Notes: generated by a model from the sequence alone, not told the origin. DNA of 64,000 bases from Candidatus Latescibacterota bacterium (GCA_965219995.1 CBDCOX010000002.1:2816001-2880000); one strand, 5' to 3'; counted from the stretch's first letter, positions 47,850-58,640 are shown. Program-made: numbers and translations.

Positions 47850-48800
47850 ATGTCACGGGTAGGGCTGGTTTCGCATCCTGACTTTTCGCGGCATGATACC
47901 GGCCATGGGCACCCGGAACGTCCTGAACGGCTCCACGCCATCCAGAGCCGGCTGGACGAGACCGGTCTCAGGGAACGGCTCGTGCACGTTGCGCCGAGAA
48001 TCCTTGGCGTCAACTGGCTGGAGCGAGTCCACACTCCCCGTCATGTCGCGGATGTTCAGCGCCGCTGCGAACGAAACATGCCCCTTATGGACGCGGGGGA
48101 CACGTACATATGTCCTGAATCCTTCGACGTCGGACGTCTTGCGGCGGGGGCGGCCTGCGAGGCCGTCGATGCGGTCATGGACGACCGCGCGGACGCCGTG
48201 TTTTGCGCCACACGGCCGCCGGGCCACCACGCGGAACGCGACAGGGCCATGGGCTTCTGCCTGTTCAACAACGTGGCGGTCGCCGCGCGGTACGTTCAGT
48301 CCGCCCACCGGCTGAAACGCGTCCTCATCGTCGACTGGGACGTACATCATGGAAACGGTACCCAGCACATCTTCGAAGAAGACCCCGATGTGTTTTATTT
48401 CAGCATTCATCAGTACCCCCACTATCCCTGGTTCAGCGGCAGCGGCGGCGAGACGGGAATCCGCGCCGGCCAGGGAGCGAACCTGAACGCGCCGATGCCC
48501 GCCGGAGCCGGCGACGATCAATTCCTTCGCGCGTTCGACGAACTCCTGGCCCCCGCAGTGGCACGTTTCCGCCCCGACTTCGTCATCGTCTCCGCGGGGT
48601 TCGACGGGCACGTCAGCGACCCCCTCTCCGGCACACGCGTCACGGAAGACGGGTTTGCCGAAATGACGCGCCGGGTACGCCGGATTGCAGAGACCTACGC
48701 CGATGATCGTCTCGTTTCGGTCCTGGAAGGCGGCTACGACCTCGACAGCCTCTCCCGTTGCGTCGAAACCCACCTGAACGCCCTGTTGGAGGATAATTAG
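47850..48800 (+). CDS. Histone deacetylase family amidohydrolase
   Basis: HPERPERL, RPPGHHA, GFCLFNN, DWDVHHGNGTQ, SAGFD and LEGGY. Confidence 0.95.
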   Translation: MSRVGLVSHPDFSRHDTGHGHPERPERLHAIQSRLDETGLRERLVHVAPRILGVNWLERVHTPRHVADVQRRCERNMPLMDAGDTYICPESFDVGRLAAGAACEAVDAVMDDRADAVFCATRPPGHHAERDRAMGFCLFNNVAVAARYVQSAHRLKRVLIVDWDVHHGNGTQHIFEEDPDVFYFSIHQYPHYPWFSGSGGETGIRAGQGANLNAPMPAGAGDDQFLRAFDELLAPAVARFRPDFVIVSAGFDGHVSDPLSGTRVTEDGFAEMTRRVRRIAETYADDRLVSVLEGGYDLDSLSRCVETHLNALLEDN

Positions 48801-48838
48801 CGCCGGCAGGCGATCCGGAATCCGATCGCCTGCCGGCG
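48801..48838. other. Perfect 15-bp GC-rich hairpin (terminator, processing site or REP-like)
   Basis: CGCCGGCAGGCGATC-cggaatcc-GATCGCCTGCCGGCG directly after the HDAC stop. Confidence 0.55.
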
Positions 48839-48931
48839 GAACCTTTAACACAGCCCGGTCGTCTGCTACCTCGACTTCCCGAAATTCGGCCGCTGTTGTT
48901 CCTTCGGGTCGGACTCGTTAATGGAGGCTCA

Positions 48932-49801
48932 GTGAGTTCTAACGATCCCGTCGTCGCATTCCAGGGTGAAATGGGCGCGTTCAGCGAAATGGCCGCCCGC
49001 AGTTATTTCAGCGACTCCGTGCATGTGGTCCCGCAGCACGATTTCCAGAGTCTGTTCAGCGCGGTCTCCGGCGGAGAATGCACGCACGGCATGGTGCCCA
49101 TTGAGAACTCTCTCATGGGAAGCATTCACGAAAACTACGATCTGCTCCTCCAGCAGGATCTCTACATCGTCGGTGAAATCAAGCTGCGAATCGTGCACAA
49201 CCTCATTGCCAATCCCGGCGTGAGGATGGAAGACGTCAGACAGATTTACTCGCAAGCCCCCGCCCTGGCGCAATGTACCGAGTTCATTCGATCCACCGAG
49301 GGCGTCGAAGCGGTGGTTGCAAAAGACACGGCAGGCGCGGTCAGACAGATCAAGGAAGAGAAAGCAAGAAATGCCGCTGCCATCGCCAGCGCACAGGCAG
49401 CGATCGACTACGACCTGGAAATTCTCCGGGAAGGTCTTGAAAACGACCACCGGAATTATACCCGGTTTCTGGTCGTGAACTCCAGAGCGGCCGAACCCGT
49501 CGATCCCGCAAAAACCACCGTCGTCTATGCCCTGGACCACATTCCCGGCGCCCTGTTCAAGAGTCTTGGGGTATTTGCAATGCGGGATATCAATCTGCTG
49601 AAAATCGAATCGCGCCCCTTGAGCGGCCGGCCATGGGAGTACGTCTTCTATCTGGACTTCGAAGGCCACCTCGCCAGCGATCGATGTCGACAGGCGGTGG
49701 AACACCTCGAACAAATGGCCAGCTTCCTCAAGATCCTCGGCTCTTACACGCAGGGCAGGACTGTCGAAGGCAGTCTGCGCGAAAAAAGGGTGGTCCCATG
49801 A
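48932..49801 (+). CDS. pheA: Prephenate dehydratase (monofunctional, with ACT domain)
   Basis: AFQG..GAFSE, PIENS..G, NYTRF, PGAL, NLLKIESRP and LGSY. Confidence 0.93.
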   Translation: MSSNDPVVAFQGEMGAFSEMAARSYFSDSVHVVPQHDFQSLFSAVSGGECTHGMVPIENSLMGSIHENYDLLLQQDLYIVGEIKLRIVHNLIANPGVRMEDVRQIYSQAPALAQCTEFIRSTEGVEAVVAKDTAGAVRQIKEEKARNAAAIASAQAAIDYDLEILREGLENDHRNYTRFLVVNSRAAEPVDPAKTTVVYALDHIPGALFKSLGVFAMRDINLLKIESRPLSGRPWEYVFYLDFEGHLASDRCRQAVEHLEQMASFLKILGSYTQGRTVEGSLREKRVVP

Positions 49802-50967
49802 ACCTGGCGGGCAGAATGGCGCAGCTTGGTACCGAATCCGCATTCGACGTCCTCGTCAAAGCGCGAGACCTCGAAGCCAAGGGGCGGGACGTGGTCCACC
49901 TCGAAATCGGCGAGCCGGATTTCGATACACCGGCTCATATCGTCAACGCGGCCCAACAGGCGCTTCAATCGGGTTATACCCACTACGGTCCCCCGGTGGG
50001 CCTGCCGGAGCTCCGCGAGGCCATCGCAACCGACGTCTCGCGGTTCCGTGGGATCCCCGTCGATCCGGATCAGGTTGTGGTCACCCCGGGCGCCAAGCCG
50101 ATTATGTTCTATGCCATTCTGGCCCTTGCGCAGGCGGGGGACGAGGTGATCTATCCCGATCCGGGATTTCCCATCTACGAGTCGGTCATCAGGTTTGCGG
50201 GAGCCAGACCGGTCCCGATTGCGCTAACCGAGGAACGCGGCTTCAGTTTCGACGTAAACGAACTTTCGGACCTGATCACGGACCGCACCCGGCTTCTCAT
50301 CATCAATTCCCCTCAAAACCCTACCAGTGGAATCATTCCGCCGGAAGACCTGAAGGCAATCGCTGAAATCGTCGTCGACAAGGGGATTCCGGTACTGGCC
50401 GACGAAATCTATTCCAGAATCCTGTACGAAGGCGCCTTCCACAGCATCTCCGTTTACGAGGGGATGGCGGACCAGACCATTATTCTGGACGGCTTCTCCA
50501 AGACGTACGCGATGACGGGATGGCGCATCGGGTACGGGGTGATGCCGCGAAACCTGGCGGAAGAATTCGGACTCCTGATGGTCAACAGCAATTCCTGCAC
50601 CGCGTCGTTCACCCAGCGCGCCGCTCTGGCCGCACTCCAGGGGCCGCAGGACGACGTCCACGCGATGGTGGCTGAATTCAGACGGCGGCGCGACATCTTT
50701 GTCGCGGGACTCCGCGAGATTCCGGGCATTCGCTGCCCGTTGCCCGGCGGCGCATTCTACCTCTTTCCGAATATCGCGGACCTGGGTCTCTCCTCCCAGG
50801 AATTCGCCGACTTCCTCCTGTACGAAGGAAATGTCGCGGCCCTGTCGGGGCATGGATTCGGCGCCTGCGGCGAAGGCCACCTGCGCTTCTCCTTCGCCAA
50901 TTCGGTCGAGAATATCCGGAGGGCGCTGGACCGCATCGCGGATTGCGTGCGGAAAATCACTGGATAA
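49798..50967 (+). CDS. Class I PLP aminotransferase (aspartate aminotransferase-like)
   Basis: IGEPDF, TPGAK, NSPQNPT, DEIY and GFSKTYAMTGWRIG; ATGA overlap with pheA. Confidence 0.93.
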   Translation: MNLAGRMAQLGTESAFDVLVKARDLEAKGRDVVHLEIGEPDFDTPAHIVNAAQQALQSGYTHYGPPVGLPELREAIATDVSRFRGIPVDPDQVVVTPGAKPIMFYAILALAQAGDEVIYPDPGFPIYESVIRFAGARPVPIALTEERGFSFDVNELSDLITDRTRLLIINSPQNPTSGIIPPEDLKAIAEIVVDKGIPVLADEIYSRILYEGAFHSISVYEGMADQTIILDGFSKTYAMTGWRIGYGVMPRNLAEEFGLLMVNSNSCTASFTQRAALAALQGPQDDVHAMVAEFRRRRDIFVAGLREIPGIRCPLPGGAFYLFPNIADLGLSSQEFADFLLYEGNVAALSGHGFGACGEGHLRFSFANSVENIRRALDRIADCVRKITG

Positions 50968-51009
50968 CACGCCGTTTCTACATGGGACCGGCTCGCGGCC
51001 GGGACCGGA

Positions 51010-51042
51010 ACAGCCCCGATAACGAATCGTCATCGGGGCTGT
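51010..51042. terminator. Hairpin between convergent genes
   Basis: ACAGCCCCGAT...ATCGGGGCTGT inverted repeat. Confidence 0.5.
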
Positions 51043-51119
51043 CTGCATTGGGTGCGGATCGTTTCTTCAGTTGTGCACACGGCAAGGAATCCCGCGCCTG
51101 AGGCCGTACTCGCGGCAGC

Positions 51120-53234
51120 TTACCACATCACACGGAATGTCGTCGCACTGCTCGCCTCCTGACGGCTGTTCAGGTCCAGCACGTTCACGCGGAACTCCCT
51201 GGGCCCGGGAAACATTTCCAGGTTCAACACCTGGTAAATCGGCTCCCACGCCTGCGAACCCTTGTGGGTATAGGAAACCGCCGTCGTCCATTCCGGCTCC
51301 GCGGCCGCTGCGTCTTCCTTTACGGTTCGGATCTGATAGGTCACCTGATAGTTGGTGGCGCCGAAACGGTCTTTCTGCAAGTTGTAAATCTCATAATAGA
51401 AATACGCCTGTGCGCCCTGTTGGTACTGTTTGAGCGGATTGGGCAGAATGAGGTACCGCTCGCGACCGTAAGGCGCCTGTTCCCGCTCGACGATCCGGCG
51501 CGCAAGCAGCATATCGCTCACGCTCAGCGAATCGTACCCGAATGTATCAACGCGCAGTACGCTCCTGAACGTACCAATCGATTTCGTCTTCCGGTCCTCT
51601 GCCTCCGCCGCGATGAAATATTTCCCCGGCGCCAGCATCAGCTTCTCGCTGGCGAACAGATATCCGTCCCGGTTGGCTCCATATTGTACCCAGGGCATCA
51701 TCTCCACCCTTCCGACGTCCTTCCGCAACGTATCCCAATTCGCGTCGAACAGAAACAGCCCCTGGCGCATTGCTACGGATTGCGCCCCGGTTTGCGCCTT
51801 CTTGCGCTGCACTTCCTCTCCGGGCAACGCGTAATAGACCTCCACCCTGGCCGTGTCGCCGTCGCCTCGAAACCGGGCCATCTGGTACGGCGCATCGTAC
51901 CGCTCCCATTTGTACGGATCCTTATAGTACTCCGGAACTTTCGTCGTGAGCGCGTCGAAATCCACCGGCTGCCTTCCGACCCATCCCACCCGGTAACGCC
52001 AGGTATCCCTGGTATCCGTATTGGCGAACACCAGCCGGATCCCGCCATAGTCCCACATTTCCAGACGGGGACGGTGCTTGTACGGCACCGATCCCTGCTG
52101 ATTCAACCAGTACAGGTGATCCTGGTACCACACCGGCTCATCCAGACCGGTATCGACCTCGGGCGGCCGGACGCTTCTCGCTTCGGGCCGTCCGTATCGG
52201 ATATAAGCCTGCCCCTTGTCCGTCGACCATCCCCCAATGCCCCGTTCCGGATCTCCGAAGCGCAGGTTCGCATAGGCCACGCGTCCACAGTGTTCCATCA
52301 GGCGTTCGTTTACCGGTGTCAGAAACAGCGGATCCCGGCCGGTCCAGAATGCACGCAGCGCCTCCTCATCCGGCAGATCCCGGCCTGCCTCCATACTGTC
52401 TTTGCCGACCAGCATGAAGACAGACATCATGAACTGCTGCTTATGGAACGACATCCGCTGCAGTCCGTTCACATAGGCCGGATACGCGCGCTTGAGTTCG
52501 TCCTGCGCCTGGAGTGCCAGCCCCAGAAAGAAATAGGCGTCCGGGTCATCCGGGTGGCGAACCAGGTATTCCTGAAAAAGCGCCGCCATTCTTGCCGACA
52601 TTTGCGCTTCGTAATACACCAGGCCCAGCAGAAGCAGCGAAGGCCTGTGGTCCGGATCGACCGTCAGCGCCCTGGTCAGATATCCGATCGCCTGATCCCG
52701 GTCTTCCTCGCCGAATCTCTCCAGGCTGAACGAGCGCACCCGCTGATAACCCCGGTCGTCGTACTGATAGTCGATCCGTTCGCCCTCGAGGTACCGCGAC
52801 ATCTGCCAGGCCGCGTACCGGCCGGCCAGGTAAAGCGCGCCGACGTGGTTCGGGTCCAGGTCTATGGCCTGCTTTGCATTCTTGTAGGCGTGACCCCGCC
52901 GGCCGAGCGCCCAGAGGACTTTTGCATACGCAATGCGAAAGTCCATGTTTTTCCTGTCTTTCCGCATCGCCCGCTGCAGCCACGTGGATGCCTGACGACG
53001 CGAACCCGGCGTTCTCTCATCGCTATACAGTTCCGCCAGGTCGTGCATCGCCCAGCCGGAATCGTCATCCCGAATTGCCTTCTTGATCAACCGCACCCGT
53101 TTCTCGTATTCCATTGTCGTGTCGGACGCGGCCGAAAGGAGCGAATCCACCCGCGCGGAAACCGCTCTCGCGGCGTCGGCGGGCGCCGCGCAGGCCAGAA
53201 CGGCCCCCACAATCATGTAAGCCAATGACCGCAT
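51120..53234 (-). CDS. Secreted TPR + GWxTD domain protein
   Basis: Signal peptide, TPR-like repeats, FW...DP...T.VNE...EH..RV.YA...F and GWSTDKGQAYIRYGRP. Confidence 0.88.
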   Translation of the reverse strand: MRSLAYMIVGAVLACAAPADAARAVSARVDSLLSAASDTTMEYEKRVRLIKKAIRDDDSGWAMHDLAELYSDERTPGSRRQASTWLQRAMRKDRKNMDFRIAYAKVLWALGRRGHAYKNAKQAIDLDPNHVGALYLAGRYAAWQMSRYLEGERIDYQYDDRGYQRVRSFSLERFGEEDRDQAIGYLTRALTVDPDHRPSLLLLGLVYYEAQMSARMAALFQEYLVRHPDDPDAYFFLGLALQAQDELKRAYPAYVNGLQRMSFHKQQFMMSVFMLVGKDSMEAGRDLPDEEALRAFWTGRDPLFLTPVNERLMEHCGRVAYANLRFGDPERGIGGWSTDKGQAYIRYGRPEARSVRPPEVDTGLDEPVWYQDHLYWLNQQGSVPYKHRPRLEMWDYGGIRLVFANTDTRDTWRYRVGWVGRQPVDFDALTTKVPEYYKDPYKWERYDAPYQMARFRGDGDTARVEVYYALPGEEVQRKKAQTGAQSVAMRQGLFLFDANWDTLRKDVGRVEMMPWVQYGANRDGYLFASEKLMLAPGKYFIAAEAEDRKTKSIGTFRSVLRVDTFGYDSLSVSDMLLARRIVEREQAPYGRERYLILPNPLKQYQQGAQAYFYYEIYNLQKDRFGATNYQVTYQIRTVKEDAAAAEPEWTTAVSYTHKGSQAWEPIYQVLNLEMFPGPREFRVNVLDLNSRQEASSATTFRVMW

Positions 53235-53495
53235 TGTTCCTCCTGTTGCACGTGGTTTCCGATGTCGGGAAACTATTGAAAACGTAATAAATGGCAGTTT
53301 GACAATGAAATGAATCCCCGCTATCATGTATACGAACCATCCGTTGAAAAGTTCTATGCCAATGCCCCCGGATCAGCGCATAAATCCGGAAGTGTGCGAC
53401 GTTTTGGCGTCCAGTCCGCGGGAACCCGCAATCGCGGGCGATGACACGGGCCGGCCTTCGCGTATCAATACAGAGTGTACTTCCCGGAGACAGCC

Positions 53496-54572
53496 ATGTC
53501 CAACCCCTACCGCCAGCCTCCTGAGGTCGTCAATCGCTGGATCAACGACCGCCAGCGGTTGCTTCGAAACGAATCCGAAGAATACCTTCGCAACGAAGTC
53601 CTGAACTACGGCCCGCGGCAGGCGGCGTACTGGAATCGGGACTACACTTCGGTCGAAGCCTTTAAAGCCTCCGTTGAAGCCAACCGCCGCTGCTGGCAGG
53701 AGACGATCGGCATCTTCGAGGACGACGGCACCCCCCTCGAACCGGTACTGGATCCGTGGTACGAAGACGACAGGTTCACGGCCTGGTGGCTGACCATCGG
53801 GCTGTCGGGCAACCTCAGGGGCCGCGGAATACTCGCCATTCCCAGGGGAAGGAACAGTCCCGCCCCACTCGTTGTCGCCCAGCACGGCATCGGATCGTCA
53901 CCGGAGAAGGTTTTCGGACTGGGGGACCCGGACGACACGTACAAGTCCTACGGGCGACGCCTGGCCGAAGAGGGATTTGCCGTCATCGCCCCCATGAATA
54001 TCTCGGGCGGCGCGCCTCGAGCCCGGCAGGAACGCCTCTGCAAGCTCCTTGGCAAGACCCTCTGGGGCCTCGAAATCCTCCGTACCCGGCGCCTTCTGGA
54101 CTATCTGGAAACCCGTCCCGAAATCGACGTCGAACGCACGGCCATGTATGGGATCAGCCTTGGCGGCGCCTACACCATGTTCACAACGCCGGTCGAACCC
54201 CGCATCAGGGCGGCCGTGGTATGCGCCTGGTTCAACCACAGGCGCAACAAGATGGCGGTGGACGACCCCCGGTACAGCTGTTTTCTATCCGTCAACGAAG
54301 AGCACGTATGGATTCCAGGCTGGCTGAGCGCGTTTACCGACAGCGACCTGGTTTCGCTCATCTGTCCCCGTCCGTTGCTGGTGGAACAGGGCAAGGCCGA
54401 CGGCATCGCCTGGTGGCCGATGATGCTCGAAGAGTATCACCTGGCCTGCGAACACTACGCCAGACTCGGTTTATCGGACAATATTGAAATTGATCTTCAC
54501 GAAGGCGGGCATGAGATTCGGCTCAGTAAGAGCCTTCAATTCCTGAGGAAATGGTTGAAGCCTCAGCAGTAG
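53496..54572 (+). CDS. Alpha/beta hydrolase (dienelactone hydrolase-like)
   Basis: VVAQHG, YGISLGG nucleophile elbow, LICPRPL and GGHE. Confidence 0.85.
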   Translation: MSNPYRQPPEVVNRWINDRQRLLRNESEEYLRNEVLNYGPRQAAYWNRDYTSVEAFKASVEANRRCWQETIGIFEDDGTPLEPVLDPWYEDDRFTAWWLTIGLSGNLRGRGILAIPRGRNSPAPLVVAQHGIGSSPEKVFGLGDPDDTYKSYGRRLAEEGFAVIAPMNISGGAPRARQERLCKLLGKTLWGLEILRTRRLLDYLETRPEIDVERTAMYGISLGGAYTMFTTPVEPRIRAAVVCAWFNHRRNKMAVDDPRYSCFLSVNEEHVWIPGWLSAFTDSDLVSLICPRPLLVEQGKADGIAWWPMMLEEYHLACEHYARLGLSDNIEIDLHEGGHEIRLSKSLQFLRKWLKPQQ

Positions 54573-54658
54573 CCGTTCCCAATCGGGTTGCCGGATCTTG
54601 AACCAATCCCGTGGGTTTTACCGGACATTCCATAATACGAAACACAAAGGAAAAAACC

Positions 54659-55657
54659 ATGGTTAAACTCGGTGTCTTCGGCTGCGCGGGCATTGCGACC
54701 CATCAACTGAATTCCGTCTGGGAAGACAATCGCTTCGAATTGGTCGCCGGGGCGGACGTCCGGCCGGCGCAGCTCGATGTATTCAGGAAGAAATTCGGCA
54801 TGCGGCACGGGTACGCCGACTACCGGGTTCTGCTTGCCGAGGCCGATATCGAAGCCGTCATGATTTGTACACCCACCTTCCTCCACCCGGAAATGGCAGT
54901 CGCGGCCGCGGAAGCCGGGAAACAGATCTTCTGCCAGAAACCCATGGCGATGAGTTCGTACGACTGTTATCGCATGATTCAGGCCTGCCGGAGACACGAG
55001 GTTGGCCTCCAGATCGGTTTCGTCCGGCGCTTCGACAACGATTGGGGCACGGTCAAACGGATCGTTGAATCCGGCCGGCTCGGAAGCCCGCTTCTCTGGC
55101 GCCAGACCTCTGGCGGTTCACCGCCGGGCAGCCCGTTTTTCATGGACCGCTTTCAGGGCGGAGGGCCCATGATCGACGGCATGGTCCACAACTACGACTT
55201 CGCGGTGCATTGCTTCGGCAAACCCGTGGAAGTCAAGTCGATGCCCATGAAAATCCATCACACCTCGACCGCCCTGGACACGGGTACCGTCCTCGTCCGC
55301 TTCGAACGGGGCGACGCCATCATGGTTTCCTGGACGTGGGGACTGCCTGCCGGCGTTCGCGCCGGAGGCGGTACGGACATCATCGGGCCCAATGGTGTGC
55401 TGCGGTTTCCCGGCAACTGCGACCCGGAGAAAGTCGAAGGCAAATTCAACGCCGACACGCAGGGCGCCTACCTCCTGACTCTTGCCGGCGGCGAAGAGGA
55501 AGTCATCACCTTCGAAAAGAAGAACATGTTTCGGGATGAGATGCTGCATTTCGCCGATTGGGTTCAAAATGGCGGCGCGCCGCTCGTAACGGGCGAAGAC
55601 GGCCTGCGCGCCACCAGAATCGCGGAACTTGCCCTCAACGGGGGCGGGTTGTGTTAA
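54659..55657 (+). CDS. Gfo/Idh/MocA oxidoreductase
   Basis: GVFGCAGIA, ICTPTFLH, FCQKPMA, GFVRRF and D..VH.YD. Confidence 0.9.
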   Translation: MVKLGVFGCAGIATHQLNSVWEDNRFELVAGADVRPAQLDVFRKKFGMRHGYADYRVLLAEADIEAVMICTPTFLHPEMAVAAAEAGKQIFCQKPMAMSSYDCYRMIQACRRHEVGLQIGFVRRFDNDWGTVKRIVESGRLGSPLLWRQTSGGSPPGSPFFMDRFQGGGPMIDGMVHNYDFAVHCFGKPVEVKSMPMKIHHTSTALDTGTVLVRFERGDAIMVSWTWGLPAGVRAGGGTDIIGPNGVLRFPGNCDPEKVEGKFNADTQGAYLLTLAGGEEEVITFEKKNMFRDEMLHFADWVQNGGAPLVTGEDGLRATRIAELALNGGGLC

Positions 55658-55713
55658 CGCTGGGGAAAACCATCGAAAAGCTTTAACGAATGTACCGGCA
55701 TTAGGAAGTCAAC

Positions 55714-56574
55714 ATGGACCTGTTACGTATCGCCCTGGCGCAGACCCGACAGACCGCGGATCGCGAGGACAACCGCCGCGCCGTTCTCGACGCGATCGAT
55801 CATGCGGCCTCACGCGGCGCGCAGATCCTGTGTTTTCCCGAGACACAGACGATCGGCTATCGGGTCGATATTGCTTCGGCCGACGCACCCGTGCCTGTCG
55901 ATTGGCTCAATGAGGTCCACGCCGAGGTTTCGGCGCGTTGTGCGAAGCACGGAATGGCCTGCATCCTGGGTACGGAGACGCCGTCGGACACCGGAAAACC
56001 GTACAACTCCGCCCTTGTGATCGACAGGGACGGGGACGTTCTGGGCAGGCACCACAAGACCATGCTCACGCCGCTGGACGCCATGGCCTACGAGCGGGGA
56101 GACGCACAGCACACGTTCGATCTTGCAGGCGTGCGCATCGGCGTGGTCATCTGCTTCGAGGCATTGCGCTTCGCGGAAACGACGGCCGAATGCGTTCGGC
56201 GCGGCGCGCAGGTCGTCTTCCATCCACAGAACAACACGACCCGCCCCAACGACTGGAAGATCCCAATCCACCACGCCATGATTGTCACTCGCGCCGCCGA
56301 AAACACCGTCTGGTTCGCCTCCTGCAACGCCTGCCTGCCGCACCAGAACAGCCGCAGCCTGATCGTCGCCCCCGACGGACGAATACACGGGCAGGCGGCG
56401 CTGGGACATGAGGAACTGCTGGTCCGTGACATCGACGTCAGGAAGGCAACGCGAGCCATGTTCCGCCTGGGAGAAGACGGCCCGGCCACGGGGGCGCTGG
56501 AACAAAGCGCAAGCCTGCTGTTCGCGGACACGGTGAAGGCGAAAGAGTATTCCGCCTCGCTAAAGCTGGAGTAG
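55714..56574 (+). CDS. Carbon-nitrogen hydrolase (nitrilase superfamily)
   Basis: E-K-C triad in FPET, HHKT and ICFE; TRAAEN. Confidence 0.9.
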   Translation: MDLLRIALAQTRQTADREDNRRAVLDAIDHAASRGAQILCFPETQTIGYRVDIASADAPVPVDWLNEVHAEVSARCAKHGMACILGTETPSDTGKPYNSALVIDRDGDVLGRHHKTMLTPLDAMAYERGDAQHTFDLAGVRIGVVICFEALRFAETTAECVRRGAQVVFHPQNNTTRPNDWKIPIHHAMIVTRAAENTVWFASCNACLPHQNSRSLIVAPDGRIHGQAALGHEELLVRDIDVRKATRAMFRLGEDGPATGALEQSASLLFADTVKAKEYSASLKLE

Positions 56575-56594
56575 CCCCGATCCGGGGCATCGCA

Positions 56595-58640
56595 ATGACC
56601 GCTCGATCCCATCTGATTCTGGCCGCACTTCTGTGCGCGGCGTCAACCCTGCAAGCGCAGGGCAGTGAGACGCCGCCCGAAGCCGACTTCAACGCCGACG
56701 GCAACGTCGATTTCCAGGACTTCATCCTGCTCGCACAGGCCTTCGGCACCGGACAGGTCCTTTTCGACCTGGACCGGGACGGCACGGTTGGCTTCGGTGA
56801 CTTCCTGCTGTTCGCCCGGTCATTCGGCCGGACCGGCGAGCCGACTCTTCGTGTCCGGGATATCGGGATCCCGGTACGTTCCGTAAACTGGGTCCGCCTT
56901 CATCCGGGCACGGACAGTGAAAACCGTCCGCGCGTGTACGTCACCATGGGGCAGCAGGCCGACAACCTGTTCGTCCTGCAGGTCGACCCGGAAACCGGGG
57001 TGTTCAAACAGTTTGTCTCCGAGGTACCGCGATCCAACTACCCGACCGCCACCCTGATGAGTCGTTCCGGCCGGCTCTACATCGGATCCGCGTACGCCGG
57101 CCACCTCCTCTGCTTCGATCCCCGTCTGAACGCCCTTCTGGACCTCGGCGCCATCAATCCGGGCGCCGCAACGTTCCCGTGCCGAATGGACGAAGACGTG
57201 AACGGACGCATCTGGATCGGCAGCTACCCGGGGGCCGACCTGACGGTCTACGACCCCAAAACCGGCGAGTTCACGCGCTACGGCCGCATGTCAAACGTGG
57301 ACAAGTACAACTATCCCCTGGTCGCTCCTGACGGAAAGATCGCATGCCTCATCAGACAGACGCGGCCTCACGTCGTCGTCTTCGATCCCGCCACAAGGGG
57401 AAGCTTTCTCGCCGGTCCGATTACGTTCAAAGGACAGGGCACGCTGAATCTGGAGAGAAGGCGGGACGGCAACCTCTACGTCATCACGTCGGACTACGGC
57501 AATTTCCTGATCTCCGGGAACGAGGGAATCGCCGTTGCGACGCTGCCGGGCCGCGCGCCGCGGCCGACGCTTCCCGACGGCAGTACGTTCGTTTTTTCGG
57601 ACGCCACGGAACAGATCTATCGTACCCTCAGCATCCGCCGCTCCTTCGGCAGCGTCCGCACTTTCGAACTCGATTACGAGGCCAGCGGCACTGACATTTT
57701 CTACATTCACACGGGCCCGGACGGCCTGATCTACGGCTCCAGCATCCTGCCGTTGCACCTCTTCAGATTCAACCCGGCCTCCAGTGAACTGGTCGACCTG
57801 GGCAAGTGCTCTCGTTCCGCCGGGGAAGCCTACTCCATGGCGAATCTGGACGGCCGGCTTTATATCTCGTCCTATCCCGCCGCCCGCATTTCTGTCTACG
57901 ACCCTTCACTTCCGTATCACTACGGCACGGGCCCGGACGACAACCCCCGCGACCTGGGCCGGCTGGACGATATCTCCTACCGGCCCCGATCCACGCTCGC
58001 CGGTCCGATGGGCAGGGTCTGGCTCGCGTCCGTACCGGACTACGGCCGGTGGGGTGGCCCCCTCGCTTACTACGATCCCGGAACGGGTGAAAGGAAGTCC
58101 TATAAACGCATCGTGGGAGATGCGAGTTGTTATACACTTGCCCACCTCAAATCGCAGAAGCTCATTGCCGTGGGCACGACGATCCGCGGCGGCAGCGGGA
58201 CGGATCCCAAAGTCAGCGTAGCCACCCTCTTTCTCTGGGACTACCATGCCGAAAAAAAGGCCTGGGAGGGGACGATCCAGCGTCCCGACGCGCCCGCATC
58301 GGTCTTCAATGCGCTGCTCACGGGGCCCGACGGCCTGCTTTATGGGACGGTTCGTGGCCGCGGTCTCGAAGAGCTCTTTGTGTTCGATCCCGACACCCGC
58401 ACTTTTACCCACCGGCTTCCACTGCCCGCAGGCCGCCCCCTTGACCTCGGCCTGCAAAACGGTCCGGACGGCAAGATATACGGCTTCACCACGGCTCTGA
58501 TTTACAGTCTGGACCCCGCCACCCGCCAGGTCGAGGAGGTCCTCAGGGTGGATGACGGAATCCGGATCGCCGGTCCGATTCTGGACAAAGAGATTTATTT
58601 CGGCACCGGCGCCGTCCTTCGTTCGGCGACCATTTTCTGA
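56595..58640 (+). CDS. Secreted protein with an N-terminal dockerin/EF-hand-like tag and beta-propeller repeats
   Basis: Signal peptide; ADFNADGNVDFQDF...FG...DLDRDGTVGFGDFL.F...FG; repeated G.dG.iYgg / YDP.T blades. Confidence 0.8.
   Translation: MTARSHLILAALLCAASTLQAQGSETPPEADFNADGNVDFQDFILLAQAFGTGQVLFDLDRDGTVGFGDFLLFARSFGRTGEPTLRVRDIGIPVRSVNWVRLHPGTDSENRPRVYVTMGQQADNLFVLQVDPETGVFKQFVSEVPRSNYPTATLMSRSGRLYIGSAYAGHLLCFDPRLNALLDLGAINPGAATFPCRMDEDVNGRIWIGSYPGADLTVYDPKTGEFTRYGRMSNVDKYNYPLVAPDGKIACLIRQTRPHVVVFDPATRGSFLAGPITFKGQGTLNLERRRDGNLYVITSDYGNFLISGNEGIAVATLPGRAPRPTLPDGSTFVFSDATEQIYRTLSIRRSFGSVRTFELDYEASGTDIFYIHTGPDGLIYGSSILPLHLFRFNPASSELVDLGKCSRSAGEAYSMANLDGRLYISSYPAARISVYDPSLPYHYGTGPDDNPRDLGRLDDISYRPRSTLAGPMGRVWLASVPDYGRWGGPLAYYDPGTGERKSYKRIVGDASCYTLAHLKSQKLIAVGTTIRGGSGTDPKVSVATLFLWDYHAEKKAWEGTIQRPDAPASVFNALLTGPDGLLYGTVRGRGLEELFVFDPDTRTFTHRLPLPAGRPLDLGLQNGPDGKIYGFTTALIYSLDPATRQVEEVLRVDDGIRIAGPILDKEIYFGTGAVLRSATIF

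Noticed and set aside
51264-53228. 654-aa + strand ORF
   Set aside because: Antisense shadow of the GWxTD gene with no recognisable motifs; typical of GC-rich DNA.
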